Counted from the first letter of the stretch, positions 52,317-62,327 are shown. The stretch: DNA of 64,000 nucleotides from Myxococcota bacterium (GCA_036229005.1 JAZAMN010000062.1:54257-118256); one strand, 5' to 3'. Numbers and translations: made by a program. The notes: generated by a model not told the origin, from the letters alone.

Positions 52317-53744
52317 TCAGTCCCCGGGGTGGAACGCCGCGCTCCTGGGCCCGAGGCTCTGTGCACAGGCCTGCGTCCGCTCGACCTCGTTGTCGGGGGT
52401 GAGGCTGCCCGCGCGCACCTCGATCGCCGCCCGGAGCTGGGCCACGCCGGGGGACCAGCGCTGTCGCCAGGCTGCATCGGGCGCCAAGGGGGAGGGGAGG
52501 AGCCCGTAGACCGCCAAGGCCAGCAGGCCCACCCCCAGCACCTGCGTGGCCCGGACGGCGCGCCCGCGCCTTGGATCCCGACACCCCCAGGCATCGGCGA
52601 GGAACTGCGCAGGCAGCGCGAGGCCCACCCCCAGCAGGACGGCCAGCGCCGGGGCGATGTGGGACAGGAAGCGGAGCTGGAGATCCAGGCCGTTGAGCGC
52701 GCCGTAGAGCGCCACCCCAAAGGGCAGCAGGCTCAGGGTGAGTCCGGCGAGCACCCGGGGACGACGCACCAGGAACACCCCGCTGCTGAGCAGAGCGAGC
52801 AGGGCGGGCCAGCGCCAGGGCAGGACGTGGGCGTTGCGGGCACCGGGGGGCTGGAGGCGGGCGTTGTCGGGGATCAGGGCCAGGGCCTTGTCGCGCTCGG
52901 TGAGCAGGGTGCGGGCGCTGTCCAGCCACTCGCTGGGGGGGCTGGAGCCCCAGACGAACCCGCTCATCAGGTCTTCGCCGAACTCGGGGGTGTTGGTGAG
53001 GTTGGAGACGTCGAGCTGGCCTTCCAGGGTGACGGCGTGCTCGGGGTAGGCGAGCTCGGCCACGGGCCAGCTCAGGGCGACGGGCAACAGGAGCAGGACC
53101 AGGGCCAGGGGGCGGCCCCAGCGTCGGGCACCCCAGCGGATGTCGGAGAACCCGACGGCGGCCAGCCCGGAGAGCAGCGCGGGGACGGCCCAGAGCGCGC
53201 CGCGCACATCGACCAGCAGGCAGGCACCCACGCTGAGACCCAGGCCCAGGAAGTCCTGGGGGCGCGCCCGGGTCCAGGCCATCGCGACCATCAGGCCGGC
53301 GAACACCATGGTGGCCGTGAGGGTGGGGTAGAAGCTGAGCATGCGCAGGGCGCCCATGTTGGGGCCCATGGCGACCCCCAGCAGGACGGCGACGACGCCC
53401 GCCAGGGGCCCGGCCAGCGACCGCGCCCACTGGTAGATGCCGGCGCCGGTGAGCACCAGGGCGAGCTGGGTGCCCATGTAGAGCCCTGGGACGACGCCTC
53501 GGCCCAGGAAGGGCCAGCTCAGCAGAGCCGCGGCGCGGGAGCGGCGGTCGGGCCAAAGCTCCAGGGCTGGATCCTCCAGGGTCGCCATGGCCAGGCAGTA
53601 GTCCAGGAAGTCCGACGAGAAGAACGCGGGGTGGACGTGGAAGGCGGACAGGCGGAACGCCGACCACAAGAAGAGGCCCCCCATGGCCCAAGGCATCAGC
53701 CACTCGGCTGCTCTGGCCCCGCGCGCTCGCCAGGTCTGCGACAT
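52317..53744 (-). CDS. Polytopic membrane protein, GT-C glycosyltransferase-like
   Basis: Many TM helices; acidic 'SSDFLDY' in the first outer loop; TAGACT box 7 nt before the ATG. Confidence 0.6.
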   Translation of the reverse strand: MSQTWRARGARAAEWLMPWAMGGLFLWSAFRLSAFHVHPAFFSSDFLDYCLAMATLEDPALELWPDRRSRAAALLSWPFLGRGVVPGLYMGTQLALVLTGAGIYQWARSLAGPLAGVVAVLLGVAMGPNMGALRMLSFYPTLTATMVFAGLMVAMAWTRARPQDFLGLGLSVGACLLVDVRGALWAVPALLSGLAAVGFSDIRWGARRWGRPLALVLLLLPVALSWPVAELAYPEHAVTLEGQLDVSNLTNTPEFGEDLMSGFVWGSSPPSEWLDSARTLLTERDKALALIPDNARLQPPGARNAHVLPWRWPALLALLSSGVFLVRRPRVLAGLTLSLLPFGVALYGALNGLDLQLRFLSHIAPALAVLLGVGLALPAQFLADAWGCRDPRRGRAVRATQVLGVGLLALAVYGLLPSPLAPDAAWRQRWSPGVAQLRAAIEVRAGSLTPDNEVERTQACAQSLGPRSAAFHPGD

Positions 53745-53751
53745 CGGGGGA

Positions 53752-53757
53752 AGTCTA
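53752..53757 (-). promoter_or_regulatory. -10-like box TAGACT (leaderless start)
   Basis: 7 nt before ATG 53744. Confidence 0.5.
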
Positions 53758-53760
53758 CCA

Positions 53761-54270
53761 ATGCGCCTGTCGGCGGACGGGGCCGCCTTGGGGTATGGGG
53801 ACCGGGTGACCGCTCTCCTCTCCTCGCTGCTGGGCGACCGCGCCCGCCCGATCCTGGCGTTGGTCCTGCTGGCCTGGCTGGGCTTCATGGGGTGGCACTA
53901 CGCGCAGGTGACCACCACCCGCAGCGCCCAGGTGGCCGAGTGCAGCGCGGACCCCAGCGCCTGCGACAGCGAGTTCGTGTTCCTGGCCCTGGTCGAGGTG
54001 GAGGCGGTGGAGCCCCAGGTGCGGGTGCGCAAGTCAACGCGCCTGTACACCCTCACGGGCCTGACGGAGACCCTGAGCCCCGGCGAGGTCATCTCGGTGG
54101 TCGCCCACATCCCCGAGGACCCGGCCCAGGGCTACGTCGTGGAGACCCTGGAGCGCCACCCCCTGCGCAAGTGGAAGGTGCGCCTGAGCACCTTGGGGCT
54201 GGTGGTCTCGCTGGGCGTGCTGCTGGGGGGCTTCCGCTGGGAGCAGGGCAGGGTGGTCGAGCGTGGCTGA
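53761..54270 (+). CDS. Membrane protein with periplasmic beta domain
   Basis: Two TM segments flanking a small domain; start uncertain (53761 ATG or 53806 GTG). Confidence 0.55.
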   Translation: MRLSADGAALGYGDRVTALLSSLLGDRARPILALVLLAWLGFMGWHYAQVTTTRSAQVAECSADPSACDSEFVFLALVEVEAVEPQVRVRKSTRLYTLTGLTETLSPGEVISVVAHIPEDPAQGYVVETLERHPLRKWKVRLSTLGLVVSLGVLLGGFRWEQGRVVERG

Positions 54271-54766
54271 CCTCATCACCCACATCTCGTCCGCGCTGCT
54301 GCTCAAGGCGGCCTTTGGGCGGCGGCACACGGCCTCGTTCACCCTGGGCAACGTGCTGCCGGACCTGCTCGGGCGCGTGCCGGGCATGGCGCTGGTCAAG
54401 CTGGCCTCGATGGGCTTGCCGGTCCCCGAGGGGCTGACCTACGCGCCCGGTGTGCTGCACATGCCCTTCGGGATGTTGCCGCTCTCGGTGCTGCTGGCCC
54501 TGGCCTTCCCCGAGCGGCAACGCCTGGCGGTGGCGGCCAACCTCTTCGGCGGCTGCATGCTGCACCTGGGCATCGACCTGCTGCAGCACCACACGGGCAC
54601 GGGCTACCCGCTGCTCTTTCCCTTCTCGAGCTGGCACTGGGAGCTGGCCTGGATCGGCACGGAGGCCACCGTGCTGGTCGCCCCTGTGCTCGCGCCGCTC
54701 TCGGTGCTGGCCTTCTGGGCCAGAGGCCGCTGGGACGCCCGACGCGCACCAGCGACCCTGCCCTGA
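54263..54766 (+). CDS. Membrane-bound metal-dependent hydrolase (YdjM-like)
   Basis: 'D..TH', 'LPD', 'LH.P', 'HL.ID', 'LFPF' motifs. Confidence 0.7.
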   Translation: MADLITHISSALLLKAAFGRRHTASFTLGNVLPDLLGRVPGMALVKLASMGLPVPEGLTYAPGVLHMPFGMLPLSVLLALAFPERQRLAVAANLFGGCMLHLGIDLLQHHTGTGYPLLFPFSSWHWELAWIGTEATVLVAPVLAPLSVLAFWARGRWDARRAPATLP

Positions 54767-54771
54767 GCGCA

Positions 54772-55158
54772 TCAGAAGGGGATGCTCGCCTCGACGGGCA
54801 CGCGGGCCTGGGCCGGCTGGCTGCGCTGGGGGCGCCCGATGATCGAGACGCGCTCAGCGGTGACCCCCGCCTTGGTGCGCTTGCGGCCCTCGGGGTCCTC
54901 CCACTGGTGGTACTGGAGGCGGCCCTCCAGCGCGATCATGTCGCCCTTGCGGGCGTGGGTGAGGATGTTCTCGGCGGTCTTCTCCCAGGTCGTGATCTGG
55001 TGCCACTCGGTCTGGGTCTCCCAGCCGCCGTCGGGCTGGCGCACGGCACGGTCGGTGGCCAGGGAGAACCGGGCCAGGGTCTTGCCGCTCTTGACCTGCC
55101 GACGCTCGGGATCCATCCCGATGCGCCCCAGCAACATCACCTTGTTCATGGTCTGCAT
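54772..55158 (-). CDS. ssb: Single-stranded DNA-binding protein
   Basis: 'MNKVMLLGR.G.DPE', 'TEWH', 'EGRLQ...W', C-terminal 'IPF'. Confidence 0.95.
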   Translation of the reverse strand: MQTMNKVMLLGRIGMDPERRQVKSGKTLARFSLATDRAVRQPDGGWETQTEWHQITTWEKTAENILTHARKGDMIALEGRLQYHQWEDPEGRKRTKAGVTAERVSIIGRPQRSQPAQARVPVEASIPF

Positions 55159-55378
55159 CTTGCTCGCTCCTGTTGTCGGGCGCTCCAGTGCGCCTCACCC
55201 CCCTCCATGCCAAGAGCGTGCCAGCCGCAAGTTGTTGGAATCCCGAGTTGTCAGCCCGCCCCCTGTCGAATGGTTGACACCCCTGACGGGGGACTGACGC
55301 CCCCCGGGACTGGCAGGACGGGCCGGCGCGTTATGGTGCGCGGGTCGGTGGGCACGCCGACTCTCACTGGAGCAGCGG

Positions 55379-56086
55379 GTGAACCGTTTCCTGGTCATCG
55401 AGGGCCTCATCGGCGTGGGCAAGACCACGCTCTGCAAGCTGGTGCGCGATCGCTACAAGGCCCGTCTGGTCCTGGAGCCTTGGGCGGAGAACCCCTTCCT
55501 CGCCAGCTTCTACGACGACCCGGAGCGCTTCGCGTTCCCGGCCCAGATGTTCTACCTGGCCAACCGCTACCAGCAGCAGCAGACCATCCGCCAGCAGGAG
55601 CTCTTCGAGCAGTTCGTGGTGGCGGACTACCTCTTCGAGAAGGACCGCCTCTTCGCGGAGCAGACCCTGGGGGGTGTGGAGCTCGAGCTCTACGATCGCT
55701 TCGCCGGCCTGCTCTCGGAGGGCCTGCCCAATCCCGACCTCATCATCTTCCTGGACGCGCCGACAGAGGTCATCCTCAAGCGCATCGCCATCCGGGGCAT
55801 CGAGGCCGAGCAGCAGATCGAGCCCGCGTATCTGGACTCCCTGCGGGAGCGTTACTACGCTCTGTGGGCGCGGTACACCGCTGCGCCGGTGCGCATCCTC
55901 CGCACCGAAGAGCTGGACTACGTCAACAACATGGCCCATCGGGAGCAGGTGCTGGAGCTCATCCAGTCCTGGCTCGAGGGCACCCCGGGCCCTGGGGTCC
56001 CTGCATCCACGCTGGCGCAAGCCAAAGCGGAGCGGGAGACCCAGCCGAGCCTCTTCGGCACCCCGGGGCAATCCCCCCAGGAGTGA
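55379..56086 (+). CDS. Deoxynucleoside kinase
   Basis: 'IEGLIGVGKTT', 'ENPFL..FY', 'DY...KD..FA'. Confidence 0.9.
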   Translation: MNRFLVIEGLIGVGKTTLCKLVRDRYKARLVLEPWAENPFLASFYDDPERFAFPAQMFYLANRYQQQQTIRQQELFEQFVVADYLFEKDRLFAEQTLGGVELELYDRFAGLLSEGLPNPDLIIFLDAPTEVILKRIAIRGIEAEQQIEPAYLDSLRERYYALWARYTAAPVRILRTEELDYVNNMAHREQVLELIQSWLEGTPGPGVPASTLAQAKAERETQPSLFGTPGQSPQE

Positions 56087-56094
56087 TAGAGCAA

Positions 56095-56931
56095 ATGGCA
56101 CGAAAGACAGCGTTGGACCTTCGCAAGATGAAGGCCGACAGCGAGCGCATCAGCATGGTGACGGCCTACGACTACAGCACGGCCCGGATCGTGGACGCAG
56201 CGGGCGTCGACATGGTCCTCGTCGGCGACTCCCTGGGCATGGTCTTCCAGGGGCAGCCCGACACCCTCTCCGTCACCCTCGATGACATGGCCTACCACGG
56301 CCGCTGCGTGGCCCGGGGGCTCTCCCAGGCGCACCTGACCGTGGACCTGCCCTTCATGAGCTACCAGGTCTCCCCCGAGCAGGCCCTGCAGTCCGCAGGC
56401 CGCCTGGTTCAGGAGGGCAAGGCCCAGTCCGTCAAGCTCGAGGGCGGCTCTCGCTCCGTCCCCGCCGTGCGCCGCATCGTCGACGCCGGCATCCCCGTGG
56501 TGGCTCACCTGGGCCTCACCCCCCAGTCCGTCAACCAGCTCGGCGGCTTCCGCGTCCAGGGCCGGGGTGACGACGCCGCCACCCAGCTCATCGACGACGC
56601 CATCGCCCTTCAGGACGCGGGCGCCTTCGCGGTCGTGCTGGAGATGGTCCCCCAGGAGCTCGCCGCCGAGGTGAGCGCCGCCCTGCACATCCCCACAATC
56701 GGCATCGGCGCGGGCCCCCACTGCGACGGGCAGGTGCTGGTCATCAACGATCTGCTGGGCTTCGACCTCTCCTTCGCGCCCCGCTTCGTCAAGCGCTTCG
56801 CCGAGCTGCAGCCCACCATGGAGCAGGCCGTAGCCCGCTACGTGGCCGAGGTACGGGACGGCAGCTTCCCTGGGCCCGAGCACAGCTTCAAGCGCCGCGG
56901 CGGCAAGGCCAAGGTCGCCAAGCTCTACTGA
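56095..56931 (+). CDS. panB: 3-methyl-2-oxobutanoate hydroxymethyltransferase
   Basis: 'TAYD', 'LVGDSLGM', 'VKLEG', 'HLGLTPQS', 'IGIGAG..CDGQVLV'. Confidence 0.97.
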   Translation: MARKTALDLRKMKADSERISMVTAYDYSTARIVDAAGVDMVLVGDSLGMVFQGQPDTLSVTLDDMAYHGRCVARGLSQAHLTVDLPFMSYQVSPEQALQSAGRLVQEGKAQSVKLEGGSRSVPAVRRIVDAGIPVVAHLGLTPQSVNQLGGFRVQGRGDDAATQLIDDAIALQDAGAFAVVLEMVPQELAAEVSAALHIPTIGIGAGPHCDGQVLVINDLLGFDLSFAPRFVKRFAELQPTMEQAVARYVAEVRDGSFPGPEHSFKRRGGKAKVAKLY

Positions 56932-56943
56932 ACGGAGCGCCCC

Positions 56944-57777
56944 ATGCAGATCATCACCAGCACTGAGCAGATGCAGGCCCAGGCCCTGCGCTGGCGCGCC
57001 GAAGGCAAGCGCATCGGCTTCGTCCCCACCATGGGCTTCCTGCACCAGGGGCACGCCAGCCTCATGGACATCGCCCGCCCGCGCTGCGATGTGCTGGTGG
57101 TGAGCATCTTCGTGAACCCCACGCAGTTCGCCCCCAACGAGGACCTGGACCGCTACCCCCGGGACCTGGCCGGGGACCAGCGGGTCTGCGAGGAGCACGG
57201 GGTGGACTGTGTGTTCGCCCCCACCGACGGCTTCTACCCGCCCGGTCACAGCACCATCGTTCGGGTGGAGGGCCTCAGCGAGGGCCTCTGCGCCGGGGAT
57301 CGGCCCACCCACTTCCAGGGCGTCAGCTCGGTGGTCGCCCGGCTCTTCGGCGTTGTGCAGCCCAGCGTCGCGGTCTTCGGCGAGAAGGACTACCAGCAGC
57401 TCGCCATCCTGCGCCGGATGGTCCTCGACTTGGCCATGCCTGTCGAGGTTGTCGGGGGCCCACTGGTCCGAGAGGTGGACGGCCTCGCGATGAGCTCCCG
57501 AAATGTCAACCTCTCCTCCGAACAGCGGCGCCGGGCCCTGAGCCTCTCCGCTGCCCTGCGTGGGATCGCCGCTGCCGCCGCCCAAGGGGAGTCCGACTGC
57601 GCGGCCCTCATCGCCCAGGCTCAGGCCGCCGTGGACTGCGACAAGCTGGAGTACCTGGAGATCCGGGACGCCCACAGCCTCGCGCCCCTGCAGACCCTGG
57701 ACCGCCCGGCCCGCGCCTTCATCGCCGCGCGCTACGGCGGAACCCGGCTCATCGACAACCTGTCTGTGCGGGACTGA
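56944..57777 (+). CDS. panC: Pantoate-beta-alanine ligase
   Basis: 'VPTMGFLHQGH', 'SIFVNPTQF', 'FGEKDYQQ', 'GLAMSSRN', 'RLIDN'. Confidence 0.97.
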   Translation: MQIITSTEQMQAQALRWRAEGKRIGFVPTMGFLHQGHASLMDIARPRCDVLVVSIFVNPTQFAPNEDLDRYPRDLAGDQRVCEEHGVDCVFAPTDGFYPPGHSTIVRVEGLSEGLCAGDRPTHFQGVSSVVARLFGVVQPSVAVFGEKDYQQLAILRRMVLDLAMPVEVVGGPLVREVDGLAMSSRNVNLSSEQRRRALSLSAALRGIAAAAAQGESDCAALIAQAQAAVDCDKLEYLEIRDAHSLAPLQTLDRPARAFIAARYGGTRLIDNLSVRD

Positions 57778-58133
57778 TGGATCCGGACATCCTGGTCATG
57801 GGGGCCTTCGGGGCCCTGCTCGGCAGCAACTACCTGGTGTTCGCCGGGCAGAACTGGCACCGCCGCCTCTGGCTCTTCTGGACGGTCCAGGTGCTCAACC
57901 TGCTGGCCGCCTGCTTCTTTGTGCTCTGGGGGGCGCCTGGTTTCCGGGTGCAGTGGCCGATCGCGAACTACCTGTTCGCGGCGATGCTGATCGCGCGCAG
58001 CCTGTTGAACGGTCGGAGGCTCCAGGCAAACTACAGGGAAGCCCTGGAAGACGAGGCAGAGGGCCGGGAGCAGGTCCGACAGAGCATCATGGAAAGGCTC
58101 GCCAGATCCGATGAGGAGGGCAACAAGGATTGA
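57777..58133 (+). CDS. Small membrane protein
   Basis: Three TM segments; TGATG coupling to panC. Confidence 0.6.
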   Translation: MDPDILVMGAFGALLGSNYLVFAGQNWHRRLWLFWTVQVLNLLAACFFVLWGAPGFRVQWPIANYLFAAMLIARSLLNGRRLQANYREALEDEAEGREQVRQSIMERLARSDEEGNKD

Positions 58134-58137
58134 CCCA

Positions 58138-58626
58138 ATGCTCCTCAGTCTGCTCTTGGCCCTGACCTCCGAGAACGAAGCACCGAGCACCGGAGAGGCC
58201 CGCGCTTGTGTGAACAACCACGTGGCCGAAGACTACGGCGACGGCTGGCGCGTCCGAAACGTCGGCGCCTTCGAGGTCAGCGAAGACAACAACCGCTACA
58301 TGCTGCTGACGCTGGTCTCCGAGGTGGAGTACCGCTTCGTGAGCTGCGGCGATGCCCGCGCGCACATGGTCCGGATCGTGGTCTACGACGAGAACGGTCG
58401 GCTGATCGCGGACACGCGCCCCGAGGATGGGACCGTCCATGAGGGCCGCCAGGCGGAGATGAACTTCACGCCCGAGCACTCCGGGAACTACTTTGTGGGG
58501 GTCCGCTTGATCGAGGCCACCCCTCCGCCGCCGGAGACTGGAAAGTCCGGCCGCCGGCGGAGCAAGGGGCAGGAGGAGGAGCAGGCGCCGTCAGCAGCGA
58601 TCGGGCTGGGTGTGCTCTACCGCTGA
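58138..58626 (+). CDS. Secreted beta-sandwich hypothetical protein
   Basis: Short hydrophobic N-terminus 'MLLSLLLAL'; beta-rich 'G.Y.VGV' pattern. Confidence 0.6.
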   Translation: MLLSLLLALTSENEAPSTGEARACVNNHVAEDYGDGWRVRNVGAFEVSEDNNRYMLLTLVSEVEYRFVSCGDARAHMVRIVVYDENGRLIADTRPEDGTVHEGRQAEMNFTPEHSGNYFVGVRLIEATPPPPETGKSGRRRSKGQEEEQAPSAAIGLGVLYR

Positions 58627-59852
58627 GCCTGGAAGGCCACCACGATCGCCTGGATCTCGTCTTCCTCCAGCAGCCGGTTGGTCTGCTTGGCGTGCTCGAA
58701 GATCGCCTGGGCCAGGCCGTCCTCGACCTCGTAGCCGCGGCTGGCCAGCCACGCGTGGACGTTGGACATGCCCGAGTAGTGGCCGATCTCGATGGCCTGC
58801 TTGAGGCCGAACCAGCCCGCGGGGACGCCCGAGTAGATCCGGTCCGCCAGGTAGTCGTCGCCCACCTTGAGCGCCTTGACGATGGCGGAGGCGTGCACGC
58901 CGGTGCCAGTGCGGAAGGCGTCCTTGCCGAACACCGGGTAGCTCACGGGGATGGGGACACCGCAAGCCTCGGAGACAAGCTGCACCAGCTCGTTGAGCTT
59001 GGTGAGGTCGCCCTGGTGCTCCCCGAGCAGCGCCAGGTTCACCAGCACCTGGTCCAGGCTGGTGTTGCCCACGCGCTCGCCGATGCCCAGCATGGTGCCG
59101 TGCACGCGGTGGACGCCGGCCTCGATGGCGTAGAGCGTGTTGGGGACGGCGTGGCCGCGGTCGTTGTGGCCGTGCCAGTCCAGCTCGGCGTCGTAGCCGC
59201 CCGCGCGCAGGATGTCCTTGGTGAAGTGCACCAGGTTGAACACGCCGTCCGGGGTCGCGTGGCCCACCGTGTCACAGAGGGTCAAGCGCTGCGCGCCCTC
59301 GTCCAGGGCGGCCCGGAAGAGGCGGGCCAGCAGGCGGGGGTGGGAGCGGACGGTGTCCTCGGTCACGAAGTTGAACACCTGCCCGGCCTCGACGGTCATC
59401 TTGGCGGCGGTGCGGGTGCGCTGCTCCAGCAGGTCCTCGTCCCATCCCTCGGCGTAGAGTCGGATGGGGGAGGTGCCCAGGAAGGCCATGACCTCGATGG
59501 GGACGCCGGTCTTGGCCGAGATGTTCAGGATGGGCTCGATGTCCCGGGGGTGGGTGCGGCCGGCGCAGGTCAGCTTGATGTTCAGCTTCTCGTCGCGGAC
59601 CAGCTCGGCCATGACGGTCACATCGTGGACCGCGCGCTCGCCGGCGCCGGGGAGCCCGACGTCAGCCGTGTGCACGCCCACCTGGTCCAGCAGCCGCAGG
59701 ATGCGCAGCTTGTCGTCCAGGGAGGGGTCCTTCACCGACGGGCACTGGATGCCGTCCCGCAGCGTCTCGTCGTGGTAGTGCACCGCGCGCAGGGGCGGGG
59801 AGACCCGGTCGCCCTGGGTGTTCCAGTCGTAGACCAGCTCGTTGTCGCTCAT
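58617..59852 (-). CDS. LeuA-family (DRE-TIM) 2-isopropylmalate/homocitrate-synthase-like enzyme without regulatory domain
   Basis: 'DETLRDGIQ', 'LCDTVG', 'HGHNDRG', 'GIGERVGN', 'GVHA'; about 411 aa; AGGAG RBS. Confidence 0.88.
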   Translation of the reverse strand: MSDNELVYDWNTQGDRVSPPLRAVHYHDETLRDGIQCPSVKDPSLDDKLRILRLLDQVGVHTADVGLPGAGERAVHDVTVMAELVRDEKLNIKLTCAGRTHPRDIEPILNISAKTGVPIEVMAFLGTSPIRLYAEGWDEDLLEQRTRTAAKMTVEAGQVFNFVTEDTVRSHPRLLARLFRAALDEGAQRLTLCDTVGHATPDGVFNLVHFTKDILRAGGYDAELDWHGHNDRGHAVPNTLYAIEAGVHRVHGTMLGIGERVGNTSLDQVLVNLALLGEHQGDLTKLNELVQLVSEACGVPIPVSYPVFGKDAFRTGTGVHASAIVKALKVGDDYLADRIYSGVPAGWFGLKQAIEIGHYSGMSNVHAWLASRGYEVEDGLAQAIFEHAKQTNRLLEEDEIQAIVVAFQAQR

Positions 59853-60012
59853 CGGGTGCTCCTGCTTCGGCCCGCTGGGGCCTGTGGCCTCTATCCTTGT
59901 GTCCCGCGGCGTCCTCTGCAAGAGGCAGACCGCGCCGCGGGACCGGGCTGCGAGAACAGCCCGCCAGGGGGCGCCCCTGGGCGCTTCGGGGGGCGGGGCC
60001 CCCCGCCGTGAA

Positions 60013-61221
60013 TCAGAACGCTTCGACGACGACGGCGATGCCCTGACCACCACCGATGCAGGCGGAGCCGACGCCGTACTTCTTGCCGCGGCGCTTGAGC
60101 TCGTAGAGCAGGTGGGTGGTGATGCGGGTGCCGCTGGCAGCCAGGGGGTGACCGATCGCCACGCCGCCGGAGTTCACGTTGGTGATCTCGCGGTTGAGCT
60201 CCAGCTCGCGCTCGCAGGCGATGTACTGGGTGGAGAAGGCCTCGTTGATCTCGACCAGGTCCATCTGACCCAGGCCCATGCCGGCGTGCTCCAGAGCCTT
60301 GCGGATGGCGTAGACGGGGCCGATGCCCATGTACTTGGGATCCACACCAGCGACGCCGTAGCCGACCAGGCGGCCGAGGGGCTTGAGGCCCTTGGACTCG
60401 GCGAACGCGGAGCTCGCGAGCACCATCGCGCCGGCGCCGTCGTTGATGCCCGATGCGTTGGCGGCGGTCACGGTGCCGTCCTTCTTGAAGACGGGGCGCA
60501 GGCCGGCCATGGCCTCGCGGGAGAAGCGGTCCCGGAACTTGGCGGGGCGCAGGGGGCTCATCTGGGGGTGCTCGTCCACGGAGACCACGGTGTCGCCGCG
60601 GCGGCCGGGGATGGTCACGGGGGCGAGCTCGGCGTCGTAGTAGCCGTTCTCGTTGGCGTTCACCCAGGCCATCTGGCTGCGGAAGCCGTACTCGTCGGCG
60701 TCCTCACGGCTGATGCCGTACTTCTCGCCCAGGTTCTCGGCGGTGATGGCCATCTCGCAGCCCGCGAAGGGGTCGTAGAGGCACTCCTTGAGGCTGTCGG
60801 TGAACTCGGCGTGGCCCAGCTTGAAGCCCTGGCGGCTGCCGCGGACCACGTGGGGGGCCTGGGTCATGTTCTCAGCGCCGCCGGCCAGGATGGCGCGGGC
60901 CTCGCCCAGCTTGATGCGCTGCGCGGCCTGGATCAGGGACTCGAAGCCGGAGCCGCAGAGGCGGTTCACGGTCACGGCCGGGACCTCCTGGGGGATGCCC
61001 ACCTTCAGGCCGATGTGCCGCGCGCAGTAGATGGCGTCACCCGAGGTCTGCAGCACGTTGCCGAAGATCACGTGGTCGATGTCGCCCATCTCCAGGCCGG
61101 ACTGCTCCATGGCGGCCTGGGAGGCCACCACGCCGAGCTCCGTCGCGGAGGGCTTGGAGAGGGCACCCAAGAAGGTGCCGAAGGGGGTTCGCTTGCCAGC
61201 CAGAAAGACGACGTCGGACAT
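60013..61221 (-). CDS. Acetyl-CoA C-acyltransferase (thiolase)
   Basis: 'NRLCGSG', 'NEAF', 'GHPL.ASG', 'CIGGGQG'. Confidence 0.96.
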   Translation of the reverse strand: MSDVVFLAGKRTPFGTFLGALSKPSATELGVVASQAAMEQSGLEMGDIDHVIFGNVLQTSGDAIYCARHIGLKVGIPQEVPAVTVNRLCGSGFESLIQAAQRIKLGEARAILAGGAENMTQAPHVVRGSRQGFKLGHAEFTDSLKECLYDPFAGCEMAITAENLGEKYGISREDADEYGFRSQMAWVNANENGYYDAELAPVTIPGRRGDTVVSVDEHPQMSPLRPAKFRDRFSREAMAGLRPVFKKDGTVTAANASGINDGAGAMVLASSAFAESKGLKPLGRLVGYGVAGVDPKYMGIGPVYAIRKALEHAGMGLGQMDLVEINEAFSTQYIACERELELNREITNVNSGGVAIGHPLAASGTRITTHLLYELKRRGKKYGVGSACIGGGQGIAVVVEAF

Positions 61222-61246
61222 GGTCGCTCCGTAGAAAGGGATGGGG

Positions 61247-62296
61247 TCAGGAGAGGTGTTGGATCACTGCGTCGCCGACTTGCGCGCAGTTCAGGGTCCC
61301 GCCGAGCTCAGCGGTGACCTGCTGGGTGTTCAGGCAGTGCTTCACAGCGCCCTCGAGCGCGGCCTCCAGCTCGGGGTGGCCCAGCCAGGACAGCATCATC
61401 CCGGCCGACAGGATCGCCGCCAGGGGGTTGGCGATGCCCTTCCCCGCGATGTCGGGGGCCGAGCCGTGCACAGGCTCGAACATGCCGATGCCGGCCTGGG
61501 GGTTCAGGTTCCCGCTGGCCGCCAGCCCAATGCCGCCCTGGAGCTCCGCGCCCAGGTCCGTGACGATGTCCCCGAACAGGTTGTTCGTCACGATCACATC
61601 GAACTGCTCGGGCCGCCGCACCATCTGCATGGTGAGCACGTCCACGTAGTAGTGCCGGGTCTCGAGCCCGGGGTACTCCGCAGCGACCTCCCGGAACACG
61701 CGCTGCCAGAGCTCGTGCCCGTGGCGCATCGCGTTGGACTTGTCGGACATGCACACCCGCTTGAGCCCACGCTTCTCGGCGTGCTCGAAGGCCGCGCGGA
61801 TGATGCGCTCCACGCCCTTGCGCGAGTTCATCTCCGCCTCGATGGCGATCTCGTCCGGCGTGCCCCGCTTGAACTGCCCACCGACCCCCGTGTAGAGGCC
61901 CTCGGTGTTCTCCCGGAACACCACAAAGCGCAGGTCTTCGGGCTCCTTGGCCTTGAGGGGGCAGTAGCGGCTGTCCAGCAGCTTCACCGGGCGCAGGTTG
62001 ATGTACAGGTCGAGCTGAAAGCGCATGCCCAGCAGGATCTCGCGCGCGTGCACGTTGGACTTCACCCGGGGATCTCCCAGGGCTCCCAGGTAGATCGCGT
62101 CGTAGTCCCGCAGGCCCGCCATCTCCTCGTCCGTGATGGACACCCCGGTCTCCAGGTAGCGGTCCGCGCCATAGGGCAGGTGCTCGAACAAGAGCTCCAG
62201 ACCGTGGGTGTCGCTGAGGTGCTGCAGCACCCGCTGGCCCTGCTCCAGGACCTCATGTCCGATCCCGTCACCCGGGATCACGGCGATGCGCGGCAT
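61247..62296 (-). CDS. leuB: 3-isopropylmalate dehydrogenase family
   Basis: 'IPGDGIG', 'RENTEG.Y', 'DKSN', 'NLFGDI..D', 'EPVHGSAPDIAG'. Confidence 0.85.
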   Translation of the reverse strand: MPRIAVIPGDGIGHEVLEQGQRVLQHLSDTHGLELLFEHLPYGADRYLETGVSITDEEMAGLRDYDAIYLGALGDPRVKSNVHAREILLGMRFQLDLYINLRPVKLLDSRYCPLKAKEPEDLRFVVFRENTEGLYTGVGGQFKRGTPDEIAIEAEMNSRKGVERIIRAAFEHAEKRGLKRVCMSDKSNAMRHGHELWQRVFREVAAEYPGLETRHYYVDVLTMQMVRRPEQFDVIVTNNLFGDIVTDLGAELQGGIGLAASGNLNPQAGIGMFEPVHGSAPDIAGKGIANPLAAILSAGMMLSWLGHPELEAALEGAVKHCLNTQQVTAELGGTLNCAQVGDAVIQHLS

Positions 62297-62321
62297 TCAG
62301 GCCTCCTGTGGACCAGTGCGC

Positions 62322-62327
62322 TATCAT
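62322..62327 (+). promoter_or_regulatory. -10-like box TATCAT
   Basis: 8 nt before ATG 62336. Confidence 0.4.

Noticed and set aside
55250..55340. TTGACA at 55274-55279 and short inverted repeats as a promoter or riboswitch upstream of the kinase-panBC operon
   Set aside because: No -10 box at proper spacing and no recognisable riboswitch consensus
59960..60010. GC-rich hairpins after the thiolase gene as an intrinsic terminator
   Set aside because: No U-tract; GC palindromes arise easily at this base composition
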